The position numbers and the translations under genes were made by a program. A stretch of 51,265 nucleotides of DNA from Gemmatimonadota bacterium (GTDB lineage Bacteria > Gemmatimonadota > Gemmatimonadetes > Longimicrobiales > Gaopeijiaceae), in assembly GCA_039589315.1 (NCBI GenBank), contig JBDHHQ010000045.1, positions 1 to 51,265 of the forward strand. Direction: 5' to 3'. Below, piece by piece: positions 47,472-51,265 of this stretch; the stretch's first letter is position 1, and the number at the start of each line of letters is the position of its first letter. The notes under the pieces are model-generated. The model saw only the letters and a program-made list of their open reading frames with translations. It made no database searches and was not told where the DNA came from.

Positions 47472-48377
47472 TCAGCCTTCCGGAGCCCGCACGACCAGCA
47501 CCGTCTGTACCGCTCCCCGCACGACCTTGTCAGCGACGCTCCCCAGCACGGCCCGCCTGAATCCGCCATGGCCGTGACTCGCCAGGGCGATCAAATCCAC
47601 ACGCAACTCGTCCGCATGCTGGATGATCCCTCGGGCCACCGAGTTCACCACCGCCACCTCGGTCTCTACGGCAACGCCGGACTCGCTGAGACGGGTCGCC
47701 GCCCGAGACAGGTACTCCTCGGCGGTGGCCGTCCCCTCACGCACGATCTGCTCCACCATTTGCACGGTGTCGGGCAGGTAGGCCGAAACAGCCTGGGTCG
47801 GATAGCGGACCAGGCGCAGCAGCGTATACCTGGCATCCCAAGAGCGCCCCAGCGACAGGGCCAGCTCGAGCACGCTCTCCGCCACCGTGGAGCCGTCCAG
47901 CGGGATCAATACATGACGCAGCGCCACCTCCGTTCCCAGGTCTGGCGCCTCTTCTCCGTCGGGCCGTACCAGCAGGATCGGGACTCCTGAATCGCGGACC
48001 AGCGCGTCGGCGATGCTCCCCAGCCAGGCTCGGCTCATGGGCCCACGACCGTGAGTCGACATGACCACCAAATCGGCTCGCAGCTCCTGCACCACCGCTT
48101 GGATGGTCAGGCTGACCGGGCCATCACGGACGGTCGTCTCAGCCTCGACGCCAGTCCGCTCCCGGATTCGACTCCCCACGTCGTCCAGGTAATCCGTAGC
48201 CCAGCGTCGAACTGCGGTCCCGACCTCGAAGTGCACGTCCGGAATGGCTACGACCGGCTCCTCTACGGTCACGAGATGAAGTTCGGCGGCCCAACGATTT
48301 GCCAGACTCAGCGCCGTGGGTAACGCGTACTCGGCGAAGGCGGATCCGTCGAGCGGTACGATAATCGTCTTCGGCAT
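47472..48377 (-). CDS. Tandem-domain universal stress protein (USP)
   Basis: PKTIIVPLDGS, MSTHGRG...LGSIAD, LASHGHG...LGSVADKVVR. Confidence 0.95.
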   Translation of the reverse strand: MPKTIIVPLDGSAFAEYALPTALSLANRWAAELHLVTVEEPVVAIPDVHFEVGTAVRRWATDYLDDVGSRIRERTGVEAETTVRDGPVSLTIQAVVQELRADLVVMSTHGRGPMSRAWLGSIADALVRDSGVPILLVRPDGEEAPDLGTEVALRHVLIPLDGSTVAESVLELALSLGRSWDARYTLLRLVRYPTQAVSAYLPDTVQMVEQIVREGTATAEEYLSRAATRLSESGVAVETEVAVVNSVARGIIQHADELRVDLIALASHGHGGFRRAVLGSVADKVVRGAVQTVLVVRAPEG

Positions 48378-48457
48378 GAGCTTCTTTCCCCCTTCCGGCC
48401 TGGTTTGCTGCGGCAGGCCACTTTCGGTGAAGCCTCCCTCCGGACCACTCAGCACGT

Positions 48458-48504
48458 GCAGGTGAGGTGCCCGCAGTACACGACCCAGAGCATCACCTGT
48501 GCCC
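48458..48504 (-). promoter_or_regulatory. Two tandem sigma-54-like elements upstream of the USP
   Basis: GGGCACCTCACCTGC (48458-48472) and GGGCACAGGTGATGC (48490-48504), both GGCAC with GG-N10-GC spacing. Confidence 0.45.
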
Positions 48505-48796
48505 GGCGCCGATTACACCGACCCCCGGGAGCGGCGTACCGCCTGACTGAAAGGACAAGGATACTGATGCCGCGGACCGTGCGAGTGACGCCCTCTATGG
48601 CCCGGCGCCCGCCCCAAGCGGGTCAACATGTCCCTGACCGGGTTAAATCGTCCCTCCATTGGGTCGCAACGCCTGAGGACAAGCAACTTGCCCCTGGGCG
48701 CGGACGGCAAGAACCACCCCTCATCGGTCGACGAACCGGAAGCCGTCGGGGCAGGCGCTGTCACACGCCCCGCGCCTCGTGTCGGGTCGTCCAGAA

Positions 48797-48811
48797 TGGC
48801 ACTCGTCTTGC
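48797..48811 (+). promoter_or_regulatory. Putative sigma-54 promoter for degP
   Basis: TGGCACTCGTCTTGC, a consensus -24/-12 element. Confidence 0.7.
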
Positions 48812-48982
48812 CCATTCTGCACAGGGAATTCCGCCGAGCTCCGGAGACAGTACGCGTGAACCGGCCCTCACGGGGTGCGCGGGAGCGACCCGACCGACGC
48901 CGCTAGCTGCCGCCGCCGCGGTGTGCGAGGGCTCCGGGTTGGATTGGAGCCCTTCACGAACATCGAGAGCGGGGACATTGTG

Positions 48983-50506
48983 ATGCTCAAGAAGACGACG
49001 ATCCGGGAAGCTCCGGGAGTAGGCATTGCCGGAGCCGTTGTGCTGGCCGCGCTGATGGCGTGCGGCGATGCCCCGGCGCTCCCAGGCGAGGCTGCAGTCA
49101 CCCCTGCGACCCGGCCTGTGTTGGGCGGCAGCCCACTCCCTCTGGAGAACGACACCACAATCGCCGCAGCCCTCTCGGCGACGTTCCGGAATGCCGTTGA
49201 AGCGACACTCCCGGCCGTTGTCTTCGTCTCCGTGGAACGCGAGTTCAGAGGTCCAGAGCGCTTCCTCCCCATCCCCGAGGAGTGGCGCCGGTTCTTCGGC
49301 CTCCCCGACGAAGGCGTCGAGCTGCCTCCGCAACGTGGATCCGGTACCGGGTTCATGATCGAGCACCGGAACAAGGTCGTGATCCTGACCAACAACCATG
49401 TCGTGGCCGATGCCGCCCACGTGCGGATCAGGCTCCAAGACGGGCGGGAGTTGGCAGCGTCGGTGGTAGCCGGCGACCCGACGACTGACGTGGCGGTCAT
49501 GCGGCTCGAGGACGACGTGGGCCGTTTCCCCACGGGCCAGATCGGCAGCTCGGACGCGCTACGTGTGGGCGACTGGGTGCTCGCACTGGGCAACCCCCTG
49601 GGACTGGATTTCACCGTCACGGCCGGCATCGTCAGCGCGAAGGGCCGCCAGCTTACGGGGCGGCCCACCGCCCTCGAGTCCTTCATCCAGACCGACGCCG
49701 CCATCAACCCCGGCAACTCGGGCGGCCCGCTCATCGACCTGCACGGCCGCATCGTCGGCATCAACTCCGCGATCTCCGGGGGCGCCTATTTCGTGGGATA
49801 CGGGTTCGCCGTGCCCATCGACCTGGCCATGAGAGTCGTCGACGACCTGATCGAGTATGGACACGTTCGTCGGCCAAGGCTCGGTGTGCGGGTGAGTGAT
49901 GTCACGGCCGTGGATGCCGCGGCGTACGGGCTCGACGAGGTGGCCGGAGCGGACATCAACACGGTCGAGGAGGGCTCCCCCGCCGACGAGGCGGGACTCG
50001 AGATCGGAGACGTGATCGTCGCGTTGGATGGGGAGCCCGTGCCCGATGCCACAGCGCTGACGACCTCGCTGGCGGAGTACGAGCCCGGCGATCGAGTGAC
50101 GGTCACCGTGGTCCGGGACGGTCGGCGGCGCGACTTCTCCGTGTCATTGGGCGAGTTCCCCCCGCCGGAGGCGGAGGGAGTGTCGGAAACAGAGCCGCCG
50201 GAAGCATCCCGCAGCGAGACGGTGCTGGGCTTTCGGGTCGAGGCCCTCACACCACTGATGGCCGACGAGTTGGGACACGACCGTGACGCTGGCGTCGTCG
50301 TGTCGGGTGTGGAGCCCTTCAGTGAGGCCGCCCGGGCGGGCATTTCCGTTGGGCAGATGGTCCTTCGCATCAACAACCGCGTCGTGGAGCGTCCGGACGA
50401 GGTGGAATCGATCGTGAGCTCTCTCTCGCCCGGGGCCGTCGTCTCCATTCGTGTCCTGGACCCGGGGCTTGGCGAAACGATCATCAACTACCGCACGCGG
50501 CCGTGA
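48983..50506 (+). CDS. degP: DegP/HtrA (Do-family) serine endoprotease with two PDZ domains, probable lipoprotein
   Basis: TNNHVV, DVAV, IQTDAAINPGNSGGPL; two PDZ domains; lipobox LMA-C. Confidence 0.93.
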   Translation: MLKKTTIREAPGVGIAGAVVLAALMACGDAPALPGEAAVTPATRPVLGGSPLPLENDTTIAAALSATFRNAVEATLPAVVFVSVEREFRGPERFLPIPEEWRRFFGLPDEGVELPPQRGSGTGFMIEHRNKVVILTNNHVVADAAHVRIRLQDGRELAASVVAGDPTTDVAVMRLEDDVGRFPTGQIGSSDALRVGDWVLALGNPLGLDFTVTAGIVSAKGRQLTGRPTALESFIQTDAAINPGNSGGPLIDLHGRIVGINSAISGGAYFVGYGFAVPIDLAMRVVDDLIEYGHVRRPRLGVRVSDVTAVDAAAYGLDEVAGADINTVEEGSPADEAGLEIGDVIVALDGEPVPDATALTTSLAEYEPGDRVTVTVVRDGRRRDFSVSLGEFPPPEAEGVSETEPPEASRSETVLGFRVEALTPLMADELGHDRDAGVVVSGVEPFSEAARAGISVGQMVLRINNRVVERPDEVESIVSSLSPGAVVSIRVLDPGLGETIINYRTRP

Positions 50507-50609
50507 GGGGGACCGGTCCGGCTGGAGGGACCGGTCGCCTCACGCCATGCGACACAGGAGGACCGGACGCGACTTCGCTCTACACAAATCGCAACTTTCG
50601 GGGGGTCTC

Positions 50610-51071
50610 ATGAGCCTGACACTGGAGAGCGGAGGCTTCCGCTACGGAGACATCATCCCAAGGCAATACACGTGCGATGGAGACGACGTGTCTCCGCCCG
50701 TCGCGTGGAGCGACCCACCGGACCAGACGAGGACGTTCGCGCTGATCATGGACGATCCCGATGCCCCTGGGGGTCTCTGGGTGCATTGGGTGCTGTTCAA
50801 CGTTCCGGCGGCCGTAACGGAGCTGCCCGAGAACGGCTCGCGGGCGGAAACTCTGCCATCCGGAGCCACACATGGCACCAACAGCTGGGGGCGAATGGGC
50901 TATGGGGGACCGTGCCCGCCGGGAGGCACGCATCGGTACTTCTTCAAGCTCTATGCGCTGGACGTGAAGTTGGATCTGACTTCGGGGTCGACGGCTGAAG
51001 GGCTCACCGACGCCATGAGAGGACACGTCCTCGGAGAGGCTACGCTGATGGGCCGCTACTCCAGGTCCTAG
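50610..51071 (+). CDS. YbhB/YbcL family Raf-kinase-inhibitor-like (PEBP) protein
   Basis: YTCDGDDVSPP, DDPDAP, WVHWVLFN, YGGPCPPGGTHRYFFKLYALD. Confidence 0.95.
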   Translation: MSLTLESGGFRYGDIIPRQYTCDGDDVSPPVAWSDPPDQTRTFALIMDDPDAPGGLWVHWVLFNVPAAVTELPENGSRAETLPSGATHGTNSWGRMGYGGPCPPGGTHRYFFKLYALDVKLDLTSGSTAEGLTDAMRGHVLGEATLMGRYSRS

Positions 51072-51265
51072 GAGACGCTGGCGGACTTCGGCCGCCACGA
51101 GGTGGCGCGTAGTGCCCGCAGGTCGAGCGGGCGAACCAACTGAGGCGCGTATCAGCGCTCGAGTCGCTGCTGTTGTTCATAGAGGGGCCCGGGATCGTCC
51201 GCGACCGGGCATCATCCGCCGTGGAGCGTCTAGCATTGAGACACAATGTCCCTGCGGCGGCGTCT

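Noticed and set aside
48405..48982. ORFs in the USP/degP intergenic region
   Set aside because: No convincing RBS, codon bias or motifs; better explained as divergent promoter DNA.
50505..50541. GGACCGGTC repeat/hairpin after degP
   Set aside because: Could fold, but has no U-tract and occurs once; function not supportable.
51072..51265. Possible gene or RNA at the right edge
   Set aside because: Only short motif-less ORFs, and the context is truncated.
1..51265. CRISPR arrays, tRNA/rRNA, transposases/integrases, canonical FNR boxes
   Set aside because: None seen on manual reading; a covariance-model or PWM scan was not possible.

Overview
GC-rich bacterial chromosomal segment. The PadR/ADOP permease arrays and the layout of the clade II nos cluster suggest Gemmatimonadota or a similar lineage (inference). 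Left to right: (1) a + strand run of USP, CBS protein, FAD oxidoreductase, USP, then a five-gene envelope module (LolA-like protein, two LolE/FtsX permeases, LolD-like ATPase, putative beta-barrel) and an unannotated 56-aa membrane protein; (2) marC plus four duplicated orphan permeases (ADOP) in three PadR-headed modules, each with its own AT-rich inverted repeat upstream; (3) a clade II nitrous oxide reductase operon (cyt c-nosZ-nosB-nosL-nosD-nosF-nosY plus two membrane proteins); (4) an APH/AAA_33 protein, a CDP-alcohol phosphatidyltransferase, a chimeric TrkH'/'BamA pseudogene scar, an unannotated FmdB zinc-ribbon gene and a PAS3-GAF2 histidine kinase with a FixL-like heme-PAS; (5) a 2869-aa cyclic beta-1,2-glucan synthase coupled to a USP, a further USP, a divergent DegP/HtrA and YbhB. 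Several promoters in the right half carry sigma-54 -24/-12 motifs. Overall it reads as a low-oxygen/envelope-stress neighbourhood around an N2O-reduction operon. No rRNA, tRNA, CRISPR array or mobile element was seen. All calls come from motif reading; no database searches were run.
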